Shown piece after piece: positions 17,912-26,599 of a DNA stretch of 64,000 nucleotides (the first letter of the stretch is position 1; each line of letters starts with the position of its first letter). The DNA is taken from assembly GCA_044869275.1 (NCBI GenBank), contig JBIOXB010000241.1, forward strand, positions 1-64,000, given 5' to 3'. The position numbers were made by a program, and so were the translations under genes. Source of the DNA: a bacterium (GTDB lineage Bacteria; Zhuqueibacterota; Zhuqueibacteria; Zhuqueibacterales; Zhuqueibacteraceae). Below the pieces are notes generated by a model, which did not search any database, had not been told where the DNA came from, and was given only the letters and a program-made list of their open reading frames with translations.

Positions 17912-20892
17912 TTGCCTGTTGTCCCTTTTGATGCTGCCAGCCGCGCTTTGGCATCGCCCGGTTCTGGCCATTCTTTATCGGCACTCTTCCAAATGTTGAG
18001 AAATCTCTCATAGCGTTCAATTGCTTTGGCGGTTTTTCCTGTTTGCTCGTAGAGCTTGGCCAATTTGTAATGAAATCTCGCCGGAATCAGGCGGCGATCA
18101 TTGTTCCGCGGATCGATGGTCGTGAGCCGTTCATATTCGGCAATTGCACCCACCAAGTCTCCTGATTGTAGGCGGGCTCGCGCTGCTATGTCATTTCTGA
18201 AGGGCAAGTTGTAACTAAACGTGACTTCAGCGTCAAGCCACACATGAAAACCGGGCAAATTTGCCTTTTGGGCAACGGCAAGAGCATTTCCAGCCGAGCC
18301 CTCGGCCAGCAATATTTCGGCAGAGAGCAGGTCATGATGAAACTTGGGCTGCTCCTCATGCTCGCGTTCTGCTAACGGCAAAATCGAGTTGATCCTCTCG
18401 AGCTGGTGCTTGGCAGAGTCGAGCTGCCCACTCTCGATATTCACCAGGCCGCGATAGAAGCTATGATATGCTTGATGAAATGGACTTCTGCGAGGATCGG
18501 CTTCCATCAGAGAATTGATCAACTTCGAAATAGCAGTCCCGCTGGAATCGATTTCACCCAGATCGTAAAGCAGCCACGCACGTACTCTCTCTGTTTCTCT
18601 GAAAGGCCATTCATTCCTCTGCGATCCCGCTAACTCATAAGCTTTCTTCAAATCGTCCAGTGCATATTTGGCATGGCCTTGAAAGTAATGATAAAATCCC
18701 CTCATACAGAAATAGAAGACTTCGCCGGGATACATGGCCATATGCTTGTCGAGGCTTTTCATGGCTTCAGCATAGTCTTCCTTGAGCGCATGGCAATAGG
18801 CGAGCCGCCAATCCACGCCGGAAAAATCGGGTTTGATCGCTTGCACTTCTTTGAACTTCGCAATTGCAGCATCTATCTCACCCATTGCCAAGTAGATCTC
18901 GGCCATGGTATCCAGGGGGTTGGCGCTTCCCGGTGAAAAATCAATAGCGCGTTTCAGGGACTCCATTGCGCCGGTAAAATCGCCTTTGTTGGCATGAGCA
19001 TATGCCAGCGCATTGTGAGCGAAGGCGGAACTGGGATTGAGCGCCAGTATCTCATTGAATTCTTCTATTGCCTTATCATACATTCGTTTGCGAAGATAAC
19101 CACCAGCCAATGGGCCGCGTGCCCGAAGCTCTTTGGGGTATTTCAGCACGATGTGTTCCAGCAGGGAGTCTGCCTTTTGTGGATCCCGCTCAACGCTACG
19201 GGCATAGGAACTCTCGATCAAAAGCCTTTCTCTTTCTGAAGCTCTTTGTGAATACTTTTTGGCTTTTTCGAGCATCCTGGTTGACTTCGACGGATCTCGC
19301 CAATTTCGGTATATCCCCGAAAGGAGAAGATAGGCACTCGCAAAGGTCGAGTCATACTCGAGGGCCTTTTCCAACAGGCGAATAGCATCGGAGTCGTAGT
19401 ATTGAATGGCATATTCTCGGCCCCCAATGTAAAACTGATACGCTTCCATCGAAGTAGTTGTTACTTCTGCAATCGGCACTTGCGTCGCTTCTATTTTGCG
19501 TTCGGACAGCCCGGCGCCGCGCGAGATTTCCCGGCTCAAATCGTCGATCTGAGTTTTAAGAATGCTAGCCACGCCTTCGCCTTTGGCGCTGGCGCTGGTC
19601 AAGATTCTTTTGGTGTTCACCTCCAGAACTCTCACATTCGTAGCGAACATGTCACCGGCTTTCACAAAGCTGCCGAGCACGATTACCTCGACGCCGTCCA
19701 TGCGGCATAACTCAAAGCCCAAATCCGAGTCGATCGTTTCGACTTTATCCTTGCCGATCTGCTTGAGCAGATCGCGCATGCGTTCCCAGGTGGTCACCTG
19801 CAGATATTGCGACTGCTCCAAGCTGGTTATCAAAAGACTGGGGATGGCTTTTTGCAGGTAGTTGTAAGTGCTGTCCCCGGTTTGATTTTCGAAGCTGATC
19901 ACCGCAATGGGCTTGGGTGCGGCGAGCGCTTCGCTCTCGAAAGGAGCCGGTTTGAACCAAAAAAATCCCCAAACCAGAAGCAGCGCCATCCCCGCCGCTA
20001 CCGCTGCCCGTTTGATTTTTTTCTTCCGCAATATCCTGCCCGCGGTGTTAGGCAATCTCGGACGCGCAAGCGATTCTGTTCCATTTCTCACGTTCTTTAA
20101 ATCGGCCAAGATCTCCTCGACGCTTTGATAGCGTTCGCCAGGACGTTTCTCCAGCGCTTTGCGCACGATTTTTTCTAATGCCTCAGGTACGCCGGTACGC
20201 AAGCTCGTTACCGGCTCGGGATCGATATTCAAAATGGAATACATGACAGCATGTTCATATTCCCCCTTAAATGGCAATTCCCCGGTGAGCATTTCATAAA
20301 GCACAACCCCCAAAGCCCAAATATCTGTGCGGTTATCTACCTCCTCCCCGCGCGCTTGCTCCGGCGACATGTAAGCCATCGTGCCCACCGTCGAGCCGGT
20401 CTTGGTGAGCCGCGGCTGGCCCGATAGTTTTGCCAGGCCAAAATCGAGAATCTTGGCTACACCTTCGTTCGTGACGATCACATTGGCGGGCTTGAGATCA
20501 CGATGAATTATCCCGTGCGCATGCGCTTTTGCCAAACCTTGTGCAATTTGAATCGCAATTTCAATGGCACGATCCACGATCCACGAACCACTATCCACTT
20601 TTTTTTGCAGCGTCTCGCCTTCATAATACGCCATGGCAATGAACATCTGCCCATCTTCAGATTCACCAATTTCATAGATGGTGCAGATGTTGGGATGATC
20701 CATGGCTGAGGCGGCGCGGGCTTCATGCACAAAACGCGCTTTATCCGCATCGCTCGGCAAGAGTGCAGCAGGCAGGAATTTGAGTGCAACGAGGCGTTTG
20801 AGCTTGATGTCTTCGGCTTTATAGACCACGCCCATGCCGCCTTGGCCGAGCTTGGCGAGGATTCTGTAGTGGGAGATGGTTTGGCCGATCAT
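17908..20892 (-). CDS. Membrane-anchored Hanks-type Ser/Thr protein kinase with TolB-N/FlgO-like domain and TPR array
   Basis: [38 protein letters not shown] helix [31 protein letters not shown]; multiple TPRs. Start MIGQT. Confidence 0.93.
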   Translation of the reverse strand: MIGQTISHYRILAKLGQGGMGVVYKAEDIKLKRLVALKFLPAALLPSDADKARFVHEARAASAMDHPNICTIYEIGESEDGQMFIAMAYYEGETLQKKVDSGSWIVDRAIEIAIQIAQGLAKAHAHGIIHRDLKPANVIVTNEGVAKILDFGLAKLSGQPRLTKTGSTVGTMAYMSPEQARGEEVDNRTDIWALGVVLYEMLTGELPFKGEYEHAVMYSILNIDPEPVTSLRTGVPEALEKIVRKALEKRPGERYQSVEEILADLKNVRNGTESLARPRLPNTAGRILRKKKIKRAAVAAGMALLLVWGFFWFKPAPFESEALAAPKPIAVISFENQTGDSTYNYLQKAIPSLLITSLEQSQYLQVTTWERMRDLLKQIGKDKVETIDSDLGFELCRMDGVEVIVLGSFVKAGDMFATNVRVLEVNTKRILTSASAKGEGVASILKTQIDDLSREISRGAGLSERKIEATQVPIAEVTTTSMEAYQFYIGGREYAIQYYDSDAIRLLEKALEYDSTFASAYLLLSGIYRNWRDPSKSTRMLEKAKKYSQRASERERLLIESSYARSVERDPQKADSLLEHIVLKYPKELRARGPLAGGYLRKRMYDKAIEEFNEILALNPSSAFAHNALAYAHANKGDFTGAMESLKRAIDFSPGSANPLDTMAEIYLAMGEIDAAIAKFKEVQAIKPDFSGVDWRLAYCHALKEDYAEAMKSLDKHMAMYPGEVFYFCMRGFYHYFQGHAKYALDDLKKAYELAGSQRNEWPFRETERVRAWLLYDLGEIDSSGTAISKLINSLMEADPRRSPFHQAYHSFYRGLVNIESGQLDSAKHQLERINSILPLAEREHEEQPKFHHDLLSAEILLAEGSAGNALAVAQKANLPGFHVWLDAEVTFSYNLPFRNDIAARARLQSGDLVGAIAEYERLTTIDPRNNDRRLIPARFHYKLAKLYEQTGKTAKAIERYERFLNIWKSADKEWPEPGDAKARLAASKGTTGK

Positions 20893-20963
20893 AAGTCCCC
20901 TTGCGTGATTGCTCAAGCACAGCGTACGGATTAATGCCTGGGTGGGGCCCAATCAGCAAAGTA

Positions 20964-20992
20964 AAATTACTTCACGCCAGCATGGAAGTCAA
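20964..20992 (-). promoter_or_regulatory. Sigma70-type promoter for the kinase operon
   Basis: TTGACT-N17-TAATTT about 70 bp upstream of the ATG. Confidence 0.5.
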
Positions 20993-21628
20993 GAGCGGAT
21001 TATGCTGTTTAGCGTCGTAGGGTGGGCGTTTGGTTGACAAATGCAGCGACAACGAGCCTAGCAAAGGCTTTGGTTTTATGGGAACATTACACGCTCGTGC
21101 TGCACGCAGGAGGCCTATGGCGAATTCCTCCTGCACGATGCCGGGCTTGGCACCGACATAGAGCCGGAAAAGCCCGTTCCACACCTGTGCAACCACCCGC
21201 GCAGCCCCGGGCGCGCCATGTAAGGGAGCAACAGCAACGGACGCTGCCTGAAAGTCAGGCAACGCCAGTTGCAGACGTGCTTTCGCGACCTATCTGGCCG
21301 GCAACCGTCGCGGATCCCGATAGAATGACACTGTGGAATTACCCTATCCAACGCGGTAATGGCCGGTGAGTGCTTCCAGTTTCATTCCCCGGCGGGGAAG
21401 AAAGCGTTGCCAGCTTTCCGGCTCGATTCCCCGGGGGCGCAACCGGCGGTGAGAGCCGGCTTAAGCGATTACCCAGCGAGTGAATGCACGCCAAGGGAGC
21501 CTCCACGGCCATTTCACCGAATCCGCGACCATTTTTTTGTGCCATCGCTCAGGTTCGATCGCAGGCTTTTAGAGTTTGATCGATTCATGTTCACTTTCCG
21601 CATTCGCGGAAATAACTAGAGAGCCATG

Positions 21629-21657
21629 GTAGGGGCGCCCCGCCGGGTCGCCCCTAC
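21629..21657. repeat. GTAG-type REP palindrome (copy 1)
   Basis: GTAGGGGCGCCCCGCCGGGTCGCCCCTAC. Confidence 0.85.
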
Positions 21658-21809
21658 CATGACGCTGCCGGATTGGGCGAATTTGTCGGTGCCGCCATAT
21701 TCACGGGAAATTGAGGCCTCAACCTGCTCGAAGGATTTGAAAACGTCTTGCTGTTGGCTTGGGAAATGCTGATACCGGTGTCGGTCACGGTGATTTCAAT
21801 AAGATCCAT
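21658..21809 (-). pseudogene. Histidine-kinase HATPase fragments
   Basis: IEITVTDTGISIS / (frameshift) QQQDVFKSFEQVEASISREYGGT (G1-F-G2 boxes), fused to KFAQSGSVMV (post-N-box strand). Confidence 0.7.
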
Positions 21810-21841
21810 TGCGGGGGTGCCGCCGGGCGGGGGTGGCCTGG

Positions 21842-21870
21842 GTAGGGGCGCCCCGCCGGGTCGCCCCTAC
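21842..21870. repeat. GTAG-type REP palindrome (copy 2)
   Basis: Identical 29-mer; both copies are followed by ATGACGCTGCCGGAT. Confidence 0.85.
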
Positions 21871-21917
21871 GATGACGCTGCCGGATAAGGTAGGAGTGAT
21901 CAACGATGCCCTTCTTT

Positions 21918-21997
21918 GTAAAGAAACTCAAAATCCAAAGCCCAAAATTCAATGCCTCTTTTGGATTTTGTGCTTTGACTTTTCGGTTTCCGGCTTA
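21918..21997. repeat. ~80-bp heptamer-periodic palindromic element (CAAAATC-type) abutting the dnaE stop codon
   Basis: CAAAATC-CAAAGCC-CAAAATT ... TTTGGATTTTGTGCTTTGA, tail TTTCGGTTTCCGGCTTA. Homologous to 31143-31234. Confidence 0.8.
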
Positions 21998-24900
21998 TGC
22001 CACCACCGCTGCGCGTTGGCGATACGGCTGCCGGCTGTTTGGCCGTGCACCGTTGGTGGAGGGCAATTGGATGTCGATCTTGATCGCTTCATTGCCCAGG
22101 GCTTCCTGCAAAAAACGGAGCAATTCGCTATTGGGCCGCACCCGTAAATTGCGCGCGTGAAAATCATAGGCGGGCGCATTGGGGCCGCGCACCCGCAAAT
22201 AGAACGGGCAGGTGCCTTGGTTGAGCCGCAGCGTTTGCAGCAGGCGTTGCACGAGCTTGTCATCGAGTTTGTCGGCCACCAGGTCGAGCGCGAAGCTTTT
22301 GGGCAACGTTTGCCAGGCTTCATCGAGGCTCATGATATTCTCCACCAAGATCTTCGCGGCTTCGTCCTCCCGGCTTGAGGTTTTGCCCGTGATCACCACC
22401 ACGGCATCGGGCTGCAGTTTTTCGCGATGCTCGGCCAGGGTGTCGCTGAAGACGATGGCCTCCATGCTCGCGGCAAAGTCTTCAATGGTGACGAACGCCA
22501 TTTGCCCACCTTTACGGTCGACGATGGTCTTCATCTCCGCCACCATCCCGCAAACCATCACTGCCACGCCATCGCGCGCTTCCTGCAAATCTTGTATACG
22601 CGGATGTGAGAACAACTTCACTTCAAAGGCATAACGTTGCAGGGGATGCGCCGACAGATAAATACCCAAAAACTCTTTCTCGCGTTTCAGACGCTCGGCG
22701 GGATCCCAGTCTTCCACCTGCGGCAGCGGCGGCTCGGTTTCCACTTCGACCGGCGCATCGTCGAAGATCGAGGCCTGGCCGCGGAAGCGTTCATCCTGCT
22801 TGCGTTGCGAGTACGCGGAGGCGGAATCCAACGCCAGCAACAGTTGGTGGCGATTGGCGTTGATCGAATCGAACGCGCCCGCCTGCACCAGGCTTTCCAG
22901 GACTTTCTTATTGACGAGGCGGGAATCGAGGCGTGCGCAGAATTCATAAATCGAATGGCACCGCCCCTCATGCTCGCGCGCTTTGACCACGCTTTCAATG
23001 GCGCCCAAGCCAACATTTTTCACCGCGCCCAGGCCGTAGCGGATTTTGCCGTCGATCACCGTAAACTCGGCCAGGCTCGCGTTGACGTCCGGCGGCAGCA
23101 GCGGCACGCCCATGCGCCGGCATTCGTCGATCAACGTCACGATGCGCGAAGTGTTGCTCATTTCGCTGGTGAGTGTTGCGGCCATGAATTCCGCGGGATA
23201 GTGCGCTTTCAAGTACGCGGTTTGATAGGCCACCAGCGAATAACCCGCGGCGTGGGACTTGTTGAAACCATAGCCCGCGAATTTATCCATCAAATCGAAA
23301 ATTTGATTGGCGGTATTCGCCGGGATGTTCTTCTCTTTGCAGCCCTCGATGAACTTTTTCCGCTGCTCGGCCATGAGCTCGACGTTTTTCTTTCCCATGG
23401 CGCGGCGCAACAGGTCGGCGCCGCCAAGCGTGAAACCGGCCAGCTCGCTGGCGATGCGCATCACCTGCTCTTGATACACGATGATGCCATAGGTTTCCTT
23501 TAACACCGGCTCGAGCATGGGGTGCAAATATTCGATCTTTTTCGTGCCGTGCTTGCGCGCAATGAAATCGTCGATCATGTCCATCGGCCCGGGACGGTAG
23601 AGCGCGTTCATAGCAATGAGATCTTCCAGGCTCTGGGGTTTGAGCTTTTTGAGATACTCGCGCATGCCGGAGCTTTCGAACTGGAACAGGCTGATGGTTT
23701 CGCCGTTGCCGAACAGCGCATAGGATTTGGCGTCGTCCAGGGGCAGCTTGTCCAAATCCAATTCCACGCCGCGCGCCTTGAGCATTTTCAGAGTTTTTTG
23801 CATCACCGTGAGCGTGCGCAGGCCCAAGAAATCCATCTTTAGCACGCCGATGGTTTCCAGCGATTTCATATCGTATTGCGTGGTCACGTCGCCGGTGTTG
23901 GATTTGTACAGTGGCGTATAATTCGTCAGCGCATCCGGCGTAATGACCACGCCTGCCGCGTGCGTCGAAGCATGGCGTGCCAGGCCTTCCAACACCTTCG
24001 AGTATTCGATCAGCTGTTTGTTGACGGAATTGGATTCCACCGTGGCGGTCAATTCGTTGACGGATTCCAACGCGCGCTCCAGCGTGATGCCGATCGTGGC
24101 CGGAATCATTTTCGCGAGCTTGTCAACCTCGCTGTATTTCACTTTCAATACCCGGCCCACGTCGCGCACCACGGCGCGCGCGGCCATGGTGCCGAAGGTG
24201 ATGATCTGGGTGACGTTGTTCTCGCCGTATTTTTCCCGCACGTAATCGATGATTTCCTGCCGGCGTTCGTAACAAAAATCCACGTCGATGTCCGGCATGG
24301 TCACGCGCTCGGGATTCAAAAAACGCTCGAAGATCAGATTGTACGGCATGGGGTCGATGTTAGTGATGCCGGTGCAGTAGCTCACCAGGCTGCCGGCCGC
24401 CGAACCGCGTCCCGGGCCGACGGGAATGCCTTTCGCGCGCGCATGGTTGATGAAATCCGCCACGATGAGAAAGTAGCCGGCATAGCCGGTCTTTTGGATC
24501 GTTGCCAATTCATAATTCAAGCGCTGCTCCAGCGCGGGCGTGATTTCGGCATAACGCTGGCGCAGGCCCTCGCGCGCGAGAATGGTAAGGTACTCATCGA
24601 GCGTCTTGCCGCGATGCTCTTCCGGCAATTCGAACGTGGGCAAATAAACTTTGTTGAAGTCCAGCTTGAGCTCGCATTTGTCGGCGATGTCGGCCGTGAT
24701 CGCCAGCGCTTCCTCATATCCTTTGAAGGTGTCATACATCTCCGCCGGCGACTTGAAATAAATTTCATCCGTGGTGTAGCGCAGGCGATTCGGGTCATCG
24801 CGATCCTTGCCGGTTTGCAGGCAGATCAGAACGTCGTGCGGTGAGGCGTGCTCGCGCTTCAAGTAGTGGATGTCGTTCGTCACCACCAGCGGAATGCTCA

Positions 24901-25495
24901 AGTCCTTGCCGAGCGCCACGATTTGATCGCGGACCTCGTCCTCTTCCGGCAAATTGTGCTTATGAATTTCGAGATAATAGTCATCGCCGAACACTTCGCG
25001 ATAGCGCAGGGCGGTTTGGCGCGCCTCCTCCGGCCGGCCGTTCAAAAACTTTTGTGCGATCTCTCCTTTCAAGCATGCCGAAAGCACCACCAAGCCTTCG
25101 TGGTATTCCTGCAGAATCTCCCAATCGATGCGCGGGCGGTAATAAAAGCCTTCAAGATAGCCCAGAGACACGAGGCGCATGATGTTTTTGTAGCCCTGCA
25201 GATTTTTGGCAAGCAGCACGAGATGGAAAGAAGTATCGGCCTGGGTGCCCTTTTGACTGCCCTTCTCCTTGCGGCTGCGCGGCGCGATGTAGGCTTCCAC
25301 CCCGATGATGGGTTTGATGCCCGACTTTTGACACGTTTTGTAAAACTCAATTGCGCCAAACATGGTGCCATGATCGGTCAGGGCGAGCGCGGGCATGTTG
25401 TTTTTCTTGGCGGCATCGACGAGATCCTTGATGCGGCACGCGCCGTCGAGCAGGCTATAGTGCGAATGATTGTGCAGATGGACGAATCCCGGCAT
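21995..25495 (-). CDS. dnaE: DNA polymerase III alpha subunit
   Basis: HLHNHSHYSLLDG PHP domain, GPGRGSAAGS, FERFLNPER..MPDIDVDF, KMDFLGLRTL, YGFNKSH, OB fold. Start MPGFVH. Confidence 0.98.
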   Translation of the reverse strand: MPGFVHLHNHSHYSLLDGACRIKDLVDAAKKNNMPALALTDHGTMFGAIEFYKTCQKSGIKPIIGVEAYIAPRSRKEKGSQKGTQADTSFHLVLLAKNLQGYKNIMRLVSLGYLEGFYYRPRIDWEILQEYHEGLVVLSACLKGEIAQKFLNGRPEEARQTALRYREVFGDDYYLEIHKHNLPEEDEVRDQIVALGKDLSIPLVVTNDIHYLKREHASPHDVLICLQTGKDRDDPNRLRYTTDEIYFKSPAEMYDTFKGYEEALAITADIADKCELKLDFNKVYLPTFELPEEHRGKTLDEYLTILAREGLRQRYAEITPALEQRLNYELATIQKTGYAGYFLIVADFINHARAKGIPVGPGRGSAAGSLVSYCTGITNIDPMPYNLIFERFLNPERVTMPDIDVDFCYERRQEIIDYVREKYGENNVTQIITFGTMAARAVVRDVGRVLKVKYSEVDKLAKMIPATIGITLERALESVNELTATVESNSVNKQLIEYSKVLEGLARHASTHAAGVVITPDALTNYTPLYKSNTGDVTTQYDMKSLETIGVLKMDFLGLRTLTVMQKTLKMLKARGVELDLDKLPLDDAKSYALFGNGETISLFQFESSGMREYLKKLKPQSLEDLIAMNALYRPGPMDMIDDFIARKHGTKKIEYLHPMLEPVLKETYGIIVYQEQVMRIASELAGFTLGGADLLRRAMGKKNVELMAEQRKKFIEGCKEKNIPANTANQIFDLMDKFAGYGFNKSHAAGYSLVAYQTAYLKAHYPAEFMAATLTSEMSNTSRIVTLIDECRRMGVPLLPPDVNASLAEFTVIDGKIRYGLGAVKNVGLGAIESVVKAREHEGRCHSIYEFCARLDSRLVNKKVLESLVQAGAFDSINANRHQLLLALDSASAYSQRKQDERFRGQASIFDDAPVEVETEPPLPQVEDWDPAERLKREKEFLGIYLSAHPLQRYAFEVKLFSHPRIQDLQEARDGVAVMVCGMVAEMKTIVDRKGGQMAFVTIEDFAASMEAIVFSDTLAEHREKLQPDAVVVITGKTSSREDEAAKILVENIMSLDEAWQTLPKSFALDLVADKLDDKLVQRLLQTLRLNQGTCPFYLRVRGPNAPAYDFHARNLRVRPNSELLRFLQEALGNEAIKIDIQLPSTNGARPNSRQPYRQRAAVVA

Positions 25496-25609
25496 ACGAG
25501 CTGTGCAAGATGTAAATGGTTGGTGGGAAGAACAAACGATTTTACAAACCCGGGAGCGAAGGTAGAAAAGAATTGAGGAAATTGCAACACTATATTTGGG
25601 CATTAAAAC

Positions 25610-25640
25610 AAAAGCCAGGCTCGGCCGAGTCTGGCTTTTT
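25610..25640. terminator. Bidirectional intrinsic terminator-like hairpin
   Basis: AAAAGCCAGGCTCGGCCGAGTCTGGCTTTTT. Confidence 0.7.
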
Positions 25641-25672
25641 AGAGAGGAGGCACTTGCGATACGATCCTGCGC

Positions 25673-26557
25673 TCAAGCGTTGTTCAGCATTTTCAAATAG
25701 CGCATGGCCTTTTGTGCGGAAGCGGAATTGCCCGCGAAATTGAGCACCGTGTTCAGCTCGGTGCGCGCCGATTCCGGCTCGCCGGCCTTGATGAGCGCAA
25801 TGCCGATCATCAACTGCGCATCGTTGATCTTGTTGCTGTTGTCGAGCGGCAGCACTTTCTGAAATTCCGCGATCGCCTGGTAGTAATTACCCATGGCGAA
25901 ATAAGCCTCGCCGATCCAATACTGGCAATTGTCGGCCAGCGGCGAACGGTCGTTGCTGGCGAGCAGCTCGCGGAATTTGCGGATGGCGCGATCGTAGTTG
26001 CGCACGTAAAAGTCATCCAGCGCATCTTGATAGGCCAGGCCAAATTCCGTGTTGTAAACATCGGCTTCGCCGCGAATCGGGCCGCGCTTGCCCGTGGACT
26101 CTGCGCCCGTCGCCGCCATTTGTGAATTGGTCATCTGCAATTCCGCGCGCAGACTGTCGAGCATACGGCTTTTGCTGGAAGAGATCGAGCTCAGCTCGTT
26201 TACTTCCGTCTGCAAATTGTTGAACGCTTCATCCGTCAGCAAAGAGCTTTCAGCGCTTTCCGCCTGCTGGTTGTTTTCGCCCATGGCGTCCAGCTCGGCC
26301 ATTTTTTCGTCAAAACCCGTGGACTCGCCGCTGCCTTCTTCGAGCAGTTCCAGCCGGCCGAGCAAATCGTCCGCAGTGCTGGAAGACTCTGGCTCCGTGG
26401 CTTGGGGGTTTTCCGAATCGGTGGCGTATTCGTCTTCGACGAATTCATCTTCGAAGGCCACGTCCTGCACTCTGCCGCTGCAAACCACGAAGAGGCCGAC
26501 GACGACCAACAAAAGAGAAAGTATGGAAGTTCCCAAGATTCGCTGTAATTTCGTCAT
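25673..26557 (-). CDS. Coiled-coil + TPR protein, CpoB/YbgF-like
   Basis: N-terminal hydrophobic/signal segment, acidic linker, coiled coil, SPLADNCQYWIGEAYF TPR typical of YbgF. Confidence 0.75.
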   Translation of the reverse strand: MTKLQRILGTSILSLLLVVVGLFVVCSGRVQDVAFEDEFVEDEYATDSENPQATEPESSSTADDLLGRLELLEEGSGESTGFDEKMAELDAMGENNQQAESAESSLLTDEAFNNLQTEVNELSSISSSKSRMLDSLRAELQMTNSQMAATGAESTGKRGPIRGEADVYNTEFGLAYQDALDDFYVRNYDRAIRKFRELLASNDRSPLADNCQYWIGEAYFAMGNYYQAIAEFQKVLPLDNSNKINDAQLMIGIALIKAGEPESARTELNTVLNFAGNSASAQKAMRYLKMLNNA

Positions 26558-26599
26558 GATGTGTACTCCATTCTTGGTGTTGAGATTGCAACAGAATCG

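Noticed and set aside
16511..20892. Diversity-generating retroelement (template/variable repeat) explanation for the duplicated kinase segments
   Set aside because: No reverse transcriptase is in the window, and the differences are deletions and mixed substitutions, not adenine-specific changes.
21629..21885. Two identical 29-bp repeats as a possible CRISPR array
   Set aside because: Only two units, a 184-bp spacer, GTAG-REP structure and no cas genes.
21995..25495. Inteins in dnaE (also checked dnaB and nrdJ)
   Set aside because: Lengths are normal, motifs are contiguous, and no C/S...HN splice junction inserts were seen.
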